Part shown: positions 10,406-19,324 of the stretch, in pieces
Layout: each line of letters opens with the position of its first letter
Numbering within the stretch: the stretch's first letter is position 1
Assembly (NCBI GenBank): GCA_963758525.1
Contig: CAVWVQ010000003.1
Coordinates: 608,001 to 672,000, forward strand
Length of the DNA stretch: 64,000 nt
Direction of reading: 5' to 3'
Origin: an uncultured Phycisphaerales bacterium
Lineage (GTDB): Bacteria; Planctomycetota; Phycisphaerae; Tepidisphaerales; Tepidisphaeraceae
The notes under the pieces: generated by a model
What the model saw: only the letters and a program-made list of their open reading frames with translations
Databases searched by the model: none
Told to the model about the DNA's origin: nothing
Position numbers and translations under genes: made by a program

Positions 10406-11214
10406 TGAGTTGCGGTGGTGGATGTCTGATTAGGGTAAATGACGGTTGAGAGCGCGATCGATTCCTGCCGGTTGCGATCGAGCCAGCTGACGCGAAGATC
10501 GAGCTGCTGCAAACCCGCGCCGGTGGTATCAGCGGCCCACGGCTGCACGGTTGCCTGCCACTGATACTGCGGCCAATCCGGGCTGAAATCGCCAGAGAGA
10601 CTCCCGCTTTGCCATTCCCCGGTCGCGACCAGCTCCGAGAGCTTTCCCTGGGCCAGCGAGGTGGCTTCGTTGCGATGGCGCGCCGCGGTCGCGGAACGGG
10701 TCGCGACCGCGACACCCTCCATGATCGAAGGGAGGACAATCGCAATCAGCAGCGTTGCCGCCAGGACTTCGACGAGAGTAAAGCCGCCGCGCATTCGCCG
10801 GCGCGGTTTCCACCCCAACCCGTCCTCCGAGCATGTAGGAGGCAAGCAAGAAAGGCTCCCCCCTGGCACGGGCATCTTGCCCGTGTTGGGGGCGTGGTGC
10901 TGAAGAGAATCTGCGATATCAAATCTTGCTTTCGTTCCAAGTCGCCCGCACGGGCTGGAAGCCCGTGCCACGGGAACACTTCCCCCAAAAACAAGCCGCC
11001 CAGCACGCAGGGCGGGATTCATCCCGCCGATTGACTCGGCAACCGCAGAACGCGGCGGGATAAATCCCGCCCTACAAGCGCTGCCGCACGTGGTAAAAGT
11101 GCGGGCAAGGCTGCGCTTGCAACCTTTGTGGTGGACGCTTCCCCGTGGCACGGGCATCTTGCCCGTGCTGGGTGCGCTCGATTGAAGAGCAGCTCGGACA
11201 TCAATTCGATTCAT
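10402..11214 (-). CDS. gspI: Minor pseudopilin GspI with a very long repeat-filled leader (alternative start ~10794)
   Basis: GG-FTLVEVLAA at 10782; ATG at 11214 overlaps the gspH stop (ATGA); frame open throughout. Confidence 0.8.
   Translation of the reverse strand: MNRIDVRAALQSSAPSTGKMPVPRGSVHHKGCKRSLARTFTTCGSACRAGFIPPRSAVAESIGGMNPALRAGRLVFGGSVPVARASSPCGRLGTKARFDIADSLQHHAPNTGKMPVPGGSLSCLPPTCSEDGLGWKPRRRMRGGFTLVEVLAATLLIAIVLPSIMEGVAVATRSATAARHRNEATSLAQGKLSELVATGEWQSGSLSGDFSPDWPQYQWQATVQPWAADTTGAGLQQLDLRVSWLDRNRQESIALSTVIYPNQTSTTATQ
10864..11167. repeat. Cluster of REP-like palindromes
   Basis: CACGGGCATCTTGCCCGTG at 10867 and 11149; CACGGGCTGGAAGCCCGTGCCACG at 10949; GGCGGGATTCATCCCGCC..GGCGGGATAAATCCCGCCCTAC at 11007-11075. 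Confidence 0.9.
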
Positions 11215-11708
11215 TTCGACACCTCCGCCGTCGGGACGATGTGAAACGCTTCCGCCGATGCTTCGCAGGCGACTTCCACCGTGCGGTCATAGCTGTCGGT
11301 GAGCCAGATCTTCGCCGGCTCGGTTCGGCCGCTGGATTGGAACTCGACGTACTGGCCGTCGGTGCGCTGAACAATGTCGGTGGTCATCTGCGACCCGCTG
11401 GCGATGGGAAACTGCTCGCCGTAGTCGTTGGAAAGCTCAGTGAAAATGCCGGCGCTGCCCGATGTCAGCCAGACCAGCTTCTTTGCCGGATCGACATTGA
11501 GGCGATACGTGCGTCCCTGCGATACGGCCTGCGTCCGCGCGTACCCGGCGAGGCTGAGGATCAGCGTCGCCGAGTCGTTGTTGGCGCGGCCCGCCTGGAA
11601 AGCGATCAGCGACGGCGCAACCAGAGCCGCGCCGATGGCCATGATGACCATCACGAAGATCAGTTCGATCAGCGTAAAACCGCGAGATTGAGTGATGGGT
11701 CCGCGCAC
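11211..11708 (-). CDS. gspH: Pseudopilin GspH/FimT-like
   Basis: RG-FTLIELIFV, YARTQAVSQG, VEFQSSGRT. Confidence 0.88.
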   Translation of the reverse strand: MRGPITQSRGFTLIELIFVMVIMAIGAALVAPSLIAFQAGRANNDSATLILSLAGYARTQAVSQGRTYRLNVDPAKKLVWLTSGSAGIFTELSNDYGEQFPIASGSQMTTDIVQRTDGQYVEFQSSGRTEPAKIWLTDSYDRTVEVACEASAEAFHIVPTAEVSK

Positions 11709-11713
11709 GAGTG

Positions 11714-12211
11714 TTATTTGATGTCGTCGTCGCCGCCCTCATGGCCGTCGGGACCGCAGGAAAACAGATCGAAATCGGCTCCGTTGCTCCCCGGGCAGCG
11801 ATAGACGTAGGGGTTGCCCCACGGATCCTTCAGCGAATTGTCATCGATGTAAGCGTGCTTCCAGTTGGGCAGATTCCCCGGATTGCTCTGCAGCGCGGCG
11901 AGATTCTCTTCGGTGGTCGGCAGTCGCTCGTTGTCGATCTCGAATTGGCTGAGGGAGCTCTTGAGCGTCGAGATCGTCGCCTTGGCGGCGGCAATTTTCG
12001 CCTGCTGGGTTCGGCCGACCACTTTCATCGCAACCACCGACGTCAGGATCGCCAGAATCACGAGCACCAGCAACAGCTCGATGAGCGTAAAGCCGGAGCG
12101 CTCTGGCCGGCGATGTCGCGCACTTGCTCGGTGCTGCAGGCGCACCAGTCCGCCACGACTGGCCGCAAGTGGCACCAACCTGCGTTCTGCGGTTGCGTTC
12201 GTACTTTCCAT
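11714..12211 (-). CDS. gspG: Major pseudopilin GspG
   Basis: G-FTLIELLLV, KDPWGNPYVY, DLFSCGPDGHEGGDDDI. Confidence 0.95.
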   Translation of the reverse strand: MESTNATAERRLVPLAASRGGLVRLQHRASARHRRPERSGFTLIELLLVLVILAILTSVVAMKVVGRTQQAKIAAAKATISTLKSSLSQFEIDNERLPTTEENLAALQSNPGNLPNWKHAYIDDNSLKDPWGNPYVYRCPGSNGADFDLFSCGPDGHEGGDDDIK

Positions 12212-12243
12212 GTTGAATATCCTTTCTAAGAGAACATCTGGCT

Positions 12244-13485
12244 TTAGTGAATGACGTCGCCGAGGTTGAGCACCGGCAGCAGCACTCCGATCACGATCGT
12301 TCCGATCAGCCCGGCCATGATGAACAGCATCATTGGCTCGGCGATTGCGACGAGCATGCGAAGCTGCCGATCGAGGTCGGACTCATATGAAGTGGCCATC
12401 CGCAGCAGCTCCTTGTCGAGCCGACCGGTTTCCTCGGCTACCGCCACCATCTCTACCACTGACGGCGGAAAGAGTTTCGGGCTCTCCGCCAAACTCTTGG
12501 ACAGCGCCTGGCCGCGCTGGACTTCCTCAATGGCCCGCGAGACGGTGTCGGCAAGGGTCTGATTTCCAATCGCCTGGCGGGCGACGCGCAAGGAAGCCAC
12601 CAGCGGCACGCCCGCTCCCACCAGCGTTCCGAGCATCCGCGCAAACCGCACCAGCGCAAAGTGCGCGATCACTTGTCCCAGCAGGGGCGTGGAAAGCAGC
12701 GCCATCTCGATTCGCCGTCTTCCGGTCTCAGTTGATTTGGCATATCGGAGGGCAAAAAACAGCAGGATCGCCGCGCCCAGCACCCAAAATCCATAGTTCC
12801 TGATCACGTTGCTGGCCGCGACGATGAACTGCGTGAGCGCCGGCAGATTTGAGCCGAACTGAGCGAAGATCTCCTTGAATCTCGGAATGAAAAACGTCAG
12901 GAGAAAGATCACGACGCCGGTGGCGACGATGCCGAGAATCAGCGGGTAAATCATCGCCGCCTTGACCTTGCCCTTGAGGTCGGCCTCGCGGGTGCGGAAA
13001 TCGGCAATCTGCCCCAGAACGGTGTCGAGAAATCCCCCGGCTTCGCCCGCCTGCACCATCGCGACGTAGACGCTGGAGAACGACTTGGGCCATTTTGCCA
13101 GCGCCTCGTTGAGCGGCATGCCTCCGACCACGTCTTCATGCACGTCGCTCCACAACTGCTTGGAGGCTGGCGTCGACGCTTCGCGGCGCAGCAGCGCCAG
13201 CGCCCGGCTCAGCGGAATGCCCGCGGCTAGAAGGTTGGCAAGCTCGCGCGTGAACGACTCGATTGCCCGCTGCGAAACGCGCCCGCGTTGCGGACCGGCA
13301 GACGCCGCCCGCAATGCCGCCGCCTTCTTCGCCGCCAATTCCCCGTCGCGGGCTTCGTCGATGCTGATCGCGTGAAGCCCCTGCTTGCCAATTTGCGCAA
13401 CCGCCGCGGCGCACGAGTCGGCTGTCAGCGTACCGGCGCTGCGCCGTCCGTCCTTCGCCAGAGCTACATATGCGTAAACTGACAT
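12244..13485 (-). CDS. gspF: T2SS platform protein GspF
   Basis: FTRELANLLAAG, MVQAGEAGG, KVKAAMIYP, MVAVAEETG, three TM segments. Confidence 0.95.
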   Translation of the reverse strand: MSVYAYVALAKDGRRSAGTLTADSCAAAVAQIGKQGLHAISIDEARDGELAAKKAAALRAASAGPQRGRVSQRAIESFTRELANLLAAGIPLSRALALLRREASTPASKQLWSDVHEDVVGGMPLNEALAKWPKSFSSVYVAMVQAGEAGGFLDTVLGQIADFRTREADLKGKVKAAMIYPLILGIVATGVVIFLLTFFIPRFKEIFAQFGSNLPALTQFIVAASNVIRNYGFWVLGAAILLFFALRYAKSTETGRRRIEMALLSTPLLGQVIAHFALVRFARMLGTLVGAGVPLVASLRVARQAIGNQTLADTVSRAIEEVQRGQALSKSLAESPKLFPPSVVEMVAVAEETGRLDKELLRMATSYESDLDRQLRMLVAIAEPMMLFIMAGLIGTIVIGVLLPVLNLGDVIH

Positions 13486-13551
13486 ACGTTTTCACTGCCT
13501 CGATACACGTTCAATGCGCCACGGGCGACTTGCGAAACGCGCCGCTGGACG

Positions 13552-13581
13552 CGCTCCGCTGCGCGTCGCGGCTAACCGGGG
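13552..13581. repeat. Short repeat CGCTCCGCTGCGCGTCGCGGCTAACCGGG
   Basis: Second copy with one mismatch at 62743-62771. Confidence 0.75.
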
Positions 13582-13631
13582 TCCTGAACCCTGCCCGAAA
13601 AGGACTTCGATCCGAATCGTCGCGATAGTGT

Positions 13632-15369
13632 TCATTTTGCGCCCGCAAGCTCTTCGGCGCCGACCACCGCATTCTCGTCCTTGGTCATCCGCAGCACTTC
13701 TTCCGGTGTCGTTCGCCCTTCGCGGATCAATCGCCAGCCGTCTTCACGCAGGCTGTGCATTTCCTGCTGAATCGCCATCTTCCGGATCTCGCGCGAGCTG
13801 GATCGCTCCAAAATCAGCGAGCGAATTTCATCCGTGATCGGCATCATTTCAAAAACGCCCTGACGGCCGCGATAGCCGGTGCCCTGGCAACTGCGGCAGC
13901 CTGCGCCGCGATACAGCACCTCCGGCACCTCGTCGCCGAACTGCGCCCGCAGCTTCTCCACTTCATCGCGCGGCGCTTCCTTCCTGCAATGTTTGCAAAT
14001 CAGCCGCACCAACCGCTGCGCCACCACCGCTTCCAGCGATGACGCCACCAGATACGGCTCGACTCCCATGTCGATCAGCCGTGTCGTTGCGCCCGGCGCG
14101 TCGTTGGTGTGGAGCGTGCTGAAAACGAGGTGGCCCGTGAGTGACGCCTGCACCGCGATCTCCGCCGTTTCCTTGTCGCGGATTTCGCCGATCAGCACAA
14201 CGTCCGGATCGTGACGCAAAATGGATCGCAAACCCGCCCCGAAGCTCAGCCCGGATTTGGTATTCACCTGAATCTGATTGATCCCGCTCATCTGGTATTC
14301 AACCGGATCTTCGATCGTGATGATCTTCAGATCTGCGTTGTTGATCTTCGACAGCGCGGCATACAGCGTTGTCGTCTTGCCCGAGCCGGTCGGCCCGGTG
14401 ACCAGGATGATTCCATGCGGCAGATCCAGAACGCGGTCCCACGCGTTGCGATCCCGCGACGCCATCCCCAGATGTTCCAAACCGAGCAGCGCGTCGCCGC
14501 GATCGAGAATGCGCAGCACCACCGCTTCACCGTGAATCATTGGAATCACGCTCACGCGCAGGTCGATCTCGCGCCCCGCCACTTTCAAGCGAATGCGCCC
14601 GTCCTGCGGCAGCCGTTTCTCAGCGATGTCGAGATGGCTGAGAATCTTCAGGCGCGAGACGATCGCCGCATGGTACTTGCGGACCTGCGGCGGAATGTTC
14701 GCTTCGACCAACACGCCGTCGATTCGATACCGCACGCGCAACTGATGCTCGAACGGCTCGACGTGCACGTCGGTCGCCCGCGACTCGAGCGCCTCGGCCA
14801 TCACCTGATTCACGAACTTGACGATCGACGCATCCTGGGCGGCGCTGGACAGATCGAGGTCGTCCTCGTTCTGCTCTTCCAGCACTTTGACGCCGTCATC
14901 CTCCTCGTTCATCCCCATCGACTGCAGCGTGTCGGCTCCGACGCCCAGGTACTTCTTGATGTACTGATCGATCTCATTCGACGGCGCGATGGCCGGATGC
15001 ACATCCAGCCCCGTGGCGACGCGAAGCTCGTCGAGTCCCGATGTGTCGAAAATCCGCGACGTGAGGACAGTGACGCCGTCCCCATTTTGCGAAAGCGGCA
15101 TCAGCCGGCGTTCCAGCAGGATGCTGGCGGGAAATTTCGCCAGAAACTCCTTGGGCGGGGCGAGGCGCTCCCCGTCCTTTTCCAGATCGACGTAGGGAAC
15201 ATCAAAATGCACCGACAGGAACCGGAGGATCTTTTCCTCATTGGCCCCGGCCGCGCCGCGCAGGCGCATCATCCAGCGTTTTGCCAGTGGCGTGTGCGCT
15301 GCGCACCTGCTCGGCGCCCTCCGCGCTGAGCAGCCCTTCTTCGATCAATCGTGAAACGATGTCTTCCAT
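13632..15369 (-). CDS. gspE: T2SS ATPase GspE; apparent +1 frameshift ~15265
   Basis: Walker A GPTGSGKT, TIEDPVE, LRHDPDVVLIGEIRD, TGHLVFSTLHTND, CxxC..CxxC; N-terminus MEDIVSRLIEEGLL lies in another frame. Confidence 0.93.
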
Positions 15370-15434
15370 GAATGGTGTCAGTCTTTGGTTTTTCGGTTTT
15401 CAGCGTCAGTTCTTGGTTCAGTCGTCAGTCATTC

Positions 15435-15546
15435 GAGCAATTTTCGGTTGAGGCGGCATTGTGGTGCAGGCTTCCAGCCTGCCTCTGAGGAACAAGCTGG
15501 AAACCCGCACCACAATGGCCGCCCCACCTCAATCTGAAAACTGTTC
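15435..15546. mobile_element. Putative MITE (family B) enclosing a REP-like doublet
   Basis: Ends GAGCAATTTTCGGTTG / CAATCTGAAAACTGTTC around TTGTGGTGCAGGCTTCCAGCCTGC..GCTGGAAACCCGCACCACAA; truncated homologue at 28179-28254. Confidence 0.6.
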
Positions 15547-15597
15547 CAAATTCGCCAACTGAAAACTGCACACTGCAAACCGAAACCCACCGCCGGG

Positions 15598-16185
15598 TTA
15601 ATTCAACATTCCCGTCATCACCAGCAGGGCTTCCTGCCGTTGCGTGAGGACGCTTTCCAGATCCTTCTGTGCCGCGGTCAGATCTTCCTTGGCCTTGGCC
15701 TTGGCGTCGCGGAAGGCATCGAGCTTCGCCTTGATTTCGTCGGGCTTGGCATCCTTGTTATCAAGCGTGCTCTGGAGATCCGCCGAGGCCTTTTGCACAG
15801 CCGATTGCTCAGCGCCGCCCGCGGGAGCAGCCGGCGGGGTTCCACCCGCGCCGCCATTTGCGCCGCCGCGGTTGCGCCGGCCGCCCTGGCCGCCGCCGCC
15901 AAACATGGCGCGCATTCCGCCGCCGTTGGCGTCGCGCTGCAACTGCATCACTTTTTCGAGCTTCGGCTGGATCGCCGCGAATTCATCGTCTGAGGCTCCG
16001 AGCCGTTCCTTGAGCGTGTCAAGCATCCGCTGGCGAAACTGCGAAGGATCGAAGTTGCGCCGTCCGCCATTATCCCCGGGAGCCGGCTGCGTCGCCGGAG
16101 CCGGATTATTTTGCGCCAGCACCGGCATCGCCAGTGCTCCGCTCATCATCATTGCCGCCAATAGTCCGATCTTCTTTCCCGTCAT
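15598..16185 (-). CDS. Exported helical protein (Spy/CpxP-like)
   Basis: AAGGAG RBS, signal peptide ending VLA-Q, helical body ending VLTQRQEALLVMTG. Confidence 0.7.
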   Translation of the reverse strand: MTGKKIGLLAAMMMSGALAMPVLAQNNPAPATQPAPGDNGGRRNFDPSQFRQRMLDTLKERLGASDDEFAAIQPKLEKVMQLQRDANGGGMRAMFGGGGQGGRRNRGGANGGAGGTPPAAPAGGAEQSAVQKASADLQSTLDNKDAKPDEIKAKLDAFRDAKAKAKEDLTAAQKDLESVLTQRQEALLVMTGMLN

Positions 16186-16222
16186 TGCAATTCTCCTTTC
16201 AAGAGAGTTTGAGTTCCCCGGG

Positions 16223-16730
16223 TCATCCGGGCTGTGTTGCCGGATGTGTGTCAGGTGATGCGCCCGGCCGATGCGGCCCGTGGCGTGCATGCATTTCTTT
16301 TGTCAGCTCGTCCCATTTGCTTTGCTGCGACGCGTCCAACAGCGCACGACTGCGGCTCTCGGCATCATGAATCAGCGCTTCCCGCTGTTTGTCAGCGTCG
16401 GCGCGCTGCGCGATAAACAGTCATGATCTTCTCAAACTCCGCCCGCTGCTGATCGCTCAGCAGGGCCTGAATTTCCGCGTCGCGCTGCTTGTCGATCTGA
16501 TGGCGGCGCTCACCCGCCTGTTCAATCTTTTGCCGCGTCTCCGCCCAGACCGCGTCCATTTGCTGCTTCTGCTGCGCGCTGAGATTCAACTGATCGGCGA
16601 TCCACGACGGGCCCCCGCCACGCGCTGGCGCGGTTGCCGCCGGGACGCGAGTCGTCAGCCGGCCGACCACCACGCCGGCGCAGAGCACCAGTGCGGTGGT
16701 TGTTAAAAAAGCGAATTGTCGCCGCGACAT
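16223..16730 (-). CDS. Periplasmic LTxxQ-type (Spy/CpxP-like) protein; apparent frameshift ~16405
   Basis: TM/signal segment, LNLSAQQKQQM, LLSDQQR, then LLDASQQSKWDEL..HPATQPG* in the adjacent frame. Confidence 0.65.
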
Positions 16731-16742
16731 GTCCTCGCTCCG

Positions 16743-17225
16743 TCAGGGCAGTTCATCTGAAGTGCTGGCGCTGCTTGCCAGGTACCATTCCGCCGCGGGC
16801 GTGGCCGGCTCGCGCTGGCTCTGCCCGATATCGCTCGCGTACGCGACGCCAACCCAGGGCGGCGGCGCCGCCGCCAGAGGCGCTGCGTGATCCTCGGCGT
16901 GCATCAGCCAGACCGACCCGATCAGCAACACGCTGGCGGCCAATCCGCTCAACGTCCAGGCCAGCCGCACAAATCCGCCGTCCAATACTGCGTCCATGCG
17001 TCGATAGAGCCGCGCTTTTGCAATCTGCGAGAGCTGTTGATTCCGCGATGCACCAAAGAGCCGGGAGATTTCTATCAACTGCGCCAAGACATCGCGGCAA
17101 GCCGCGCAAGCCGCGAGATGCACCGCCACCTCTGCGCGCACATCCGGCGGCAACTCGCCGTCCTGATACCTGCTCAATTCCTGCCCGCCTGGGCAATGAT
17201 CGATGGCCATTTCCGCTCCCATCAC
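16743..17225 (-). CDS. Zinc-finger (HxxxCxxC) transmembrane anti-sigma factor
   Basis: LSRYQDGEL..HLAACAAC, single TM helix; GTGA overlap with the sigma gene. Confidence 0.88.
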   Translation of the reverse strand: MMGAEMAIDHCPGGQELSRYQDGELPPDVRAEVAVHLAACAACRDVLAQLIEISRLFGASRNQQLSQIAKARLYRRMDAVLDGGFVRLAWTLSGLAASVLLIGSVWLMHAEDHAAPLAAAPPPWVGVAYASDIGQSQREPATPAAEWYLASSASTSDELP

Positions 17226-17827
17226 GCACTATAATCGCGAAGCACCGCTCTCAATTCCGCTCGCGCCCGAAACAGCCGCGACTCGACGGTTCCCACCGGC
17301 AATTCCAGCACTGCCGCAATCTGCTCATACGAAAGTCTTTCCAGCTCCCGCAGCGCCAACACCTCGCGGTGCTCGGCCGTCAGCCTGTGCAAAGCGGCAT
17401 GCAGATCGATCTTCGCGTCCACTGCCGCCGCGGATCCCGGATCGACCAGCTTGTTCCGAGCCGCATCATTCTGCCGCAGTCGCCGGCGTTTTCGCTCCCG
17501 ATGAAACAATGCCGACTGCGTCAGCACAATCCGCGTCAGCCATGTCTTGACTGAAGATCGGCCCTGAAACTTGCCAGCGCCGCGGAACGCGCCGGTCAAC
17601 GATTCCTGCAAAACATCCTCCGCGTCAGCCGCATTCCCCACCAGCGAAGCCGCCAGGCGGAACATGCGGTCGACATGGCGATCCATCAGCACCCGGAACG
17701 CCGAGGCGTCGCCCCGCGCGCTGCGAGCCAGCAGCTCCGCGTCCGCCGGCCCGGGTTGAGCAGAATCACCGCCCTTTAGCGGCTCTTCCGCGTCCGAATC
17801 GGCCTCATCGCTTGTTTTTCCGTGCAT
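17222..17827 (-). CDS. ECF sigma-70 factor
   Basis: DAEDVLQE, FQGRSSVKTWL, LSYEQIA..PVGTVESRLFRAR. Confidence 0.93.
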   Translation of the reverse strand: MHGKTSDEADSDAEEPLKGGDSAQPGPADAELLARSARGDASAFRVLMDRHVDRMFRLAASLVGNAADAEDVLQESLTGAFRGAGKFQGRSSVKTWLTRIVLTQSALFHRERKRRRLRQNDAARNKLVDPGSAAAVDAKIDLHAALHRLTAEHREVLALRELERLSYEQIAAVLELPVGTVESRLFRARAELRAVLRDYSA

Positions 17828-18125
17828 TAGTTGCGCCGACGTGTGATTTTCTTCCCCCCGGCAAAAATAAAACCTACGGGTTTGGAAACCGGCAATATTG
17901 TCGCCTTTTACGGGCGAAGACACCATCGACAATTGCATCCTTCAATCTTGCGTCAGGCTGAGGCAGACTAAGGCGCGGGATCGGCGAGTGCGGTGGAATC
18001 GCAACATATCTTTGGCTACTCTAACGGAGGCGCGGCAGGCGAAATACCAGGTTCCTTCACCTTCGGGAGCACATGCCGACCACCGTCGAAACCTATCCCG
18101 AAGACGCGGCAGAGAGTCAAAAGGC

Positions 18126-18455
18126 GTGCGAGATCACAAATTGATCGACGAGAGAAGCCTGGCGATGGCGCGCGCCATCGCCCAGCGGCTGCGGTCCGAC
18201 CCGGGACTGGTGGAACTGGCACGCGCCAACATCGAACGATGGACCAAGTCATGTTCACCTCGCGGGAGAGCCGCTTTGCGGGAATGGCTCGCCGTCCTGG
18301 ATGGCCCGATCGACGGCGTGATTGCGCTGCTGTGCGGCGAAGACGAACGGGCCGTGCGCCTTCGGCAGTCCAACCCATTTGCCGGAGCGTTGACACAAAA
18401 AGTAAGGAACGAAATTCTTCTGAGATTCGAGGCTCGTGACAAGGCAGCAACTTGA
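18126..18455 (+). CDS. Small protein, putative antitoxin partner
   Basis: 110-codon ORF with RLRQSNPFAG motif overlapping the downstream nucleotidyltransferase-like gene. Confidence 0.6.
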   Translation: MRDHKLIDERSLAMARAIAQRLRSDPGLVELARANIERWTKSCSPRGRAALREWLAVLDGPIDGVIALLCGEDERAVRLRQSNPFAGALTQKVRNEILLRFEARDKAAT

Positions 18456-18990
18456 GCACATCATCCGGGCCGCCGCAGGCACCGCTGACGTCCGCGACAT
18501 TGTTGTGATCGGCAGTCAGGCCATTCTCGGGGCTTTCCCCGACGCTCCGGCCGAGCTGACCGAATCGATGGAGGCAGACGTTTTTCCCAGAGATGCGCCG
18601 GAACGGTCCATCGTCATCGATGGGGCCATCGGCGAAGAGTCGCTGTTTCACCAAACTTTTGGCTATTACGCGCACGGCGTTGACGAATCCACGGCAATCC
18701 TGCCCGACGGATGGCACGACCGCCTCGTCAAGGTCGAGAATGGCGCGACAGTGGGCGCAGTGGGATGGTGTCTTGAAGTCCACGACCTGGCTGCGAGTAA
18801 GCTCGCGGCCGGCAGGGAGAAAGACCTGCACTTCGTTCGAACGATGATTCAAACGAATCTCGCTTCTCCCCAAACTTTACAGCGCAGGCTTCATTGCACC
18901 CCGCGCTTGTCCCCAGAACTTCTGGCGCTTGCTTTGGCGCGCCTCAGCCACGCTTCAAAGGTTACTTCGACTCTGCCGCCATCTCCCTGA
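18436..18990 (+). CDS. DUF6036-like putative nucleotidyltransferase
   Basis: VVIGSQAILG, SMEADV, FHQTFGYYAHGV, HDLAASKLAAGREKD. Confidence 0.75.
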   Translation: MTRQQLEHIIRAAAGTADVRDIVVIGSQAILGAFPDAPAELTESMEADVFPRDAPERSIVIDGAIGEESLFHQTFGYYAHGVDESTAILPDGWHDRLVKVENGATVGAVGWCLEVHDLAASKLAAGREKDLHFVRTMIQTNLASPQTLQRRLHCTPRLSPELLALALARLSHASKVTSTLPPSP

Positions 18991-19032
18991 AAGCGTAAAG
19001 GAAAGCCAACGGATTGCCATCCGTTGGGCATT

Positions 19033-19175
19033 GGGTGTGGCGCTCGAAAGTGGCGATCGGCTCCGAGTAGGGCGGGATTCATCCCGCCGATTTGTTGGCC
19101 GGCTGAGAAAACGGCGGGATGAATCCCGCCCTACGATCGCAAAATCTGCAATCGCCACAAATAAAAGTTACACCC
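19033..19175. mobile_element. 143-bp MITE (family A), copy 1
   Basis: Imperfect terminal inverted repeats GGGTGT-N11-GTGGCGAT; 8-bp target duplication TGGGCATT; internal GTAG REP doublet. Confidence 0.93.
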
Positions 19176-19324
19176 TGGGCATTTCATTTTCTTCAGTAAC
19201 CCGGATGGTTCCTCCCAGTTCCAATCCGCACCGATTTTATAGGCATCCGCCGCAAACCAGATTAGCCACTGACTGTCTGGGGGGTAGGCCGCTACCATCT
19301 GATGCAGCGGCAGGAGACTCCCCC

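Noticed and set aside
17940..18125. ncRNA or small ORF between the ECF gene and the nucleotidyltransferase pair
   Set aside because: No recognisable RNA motif; the 23-codon ORF after GGAG has no support.
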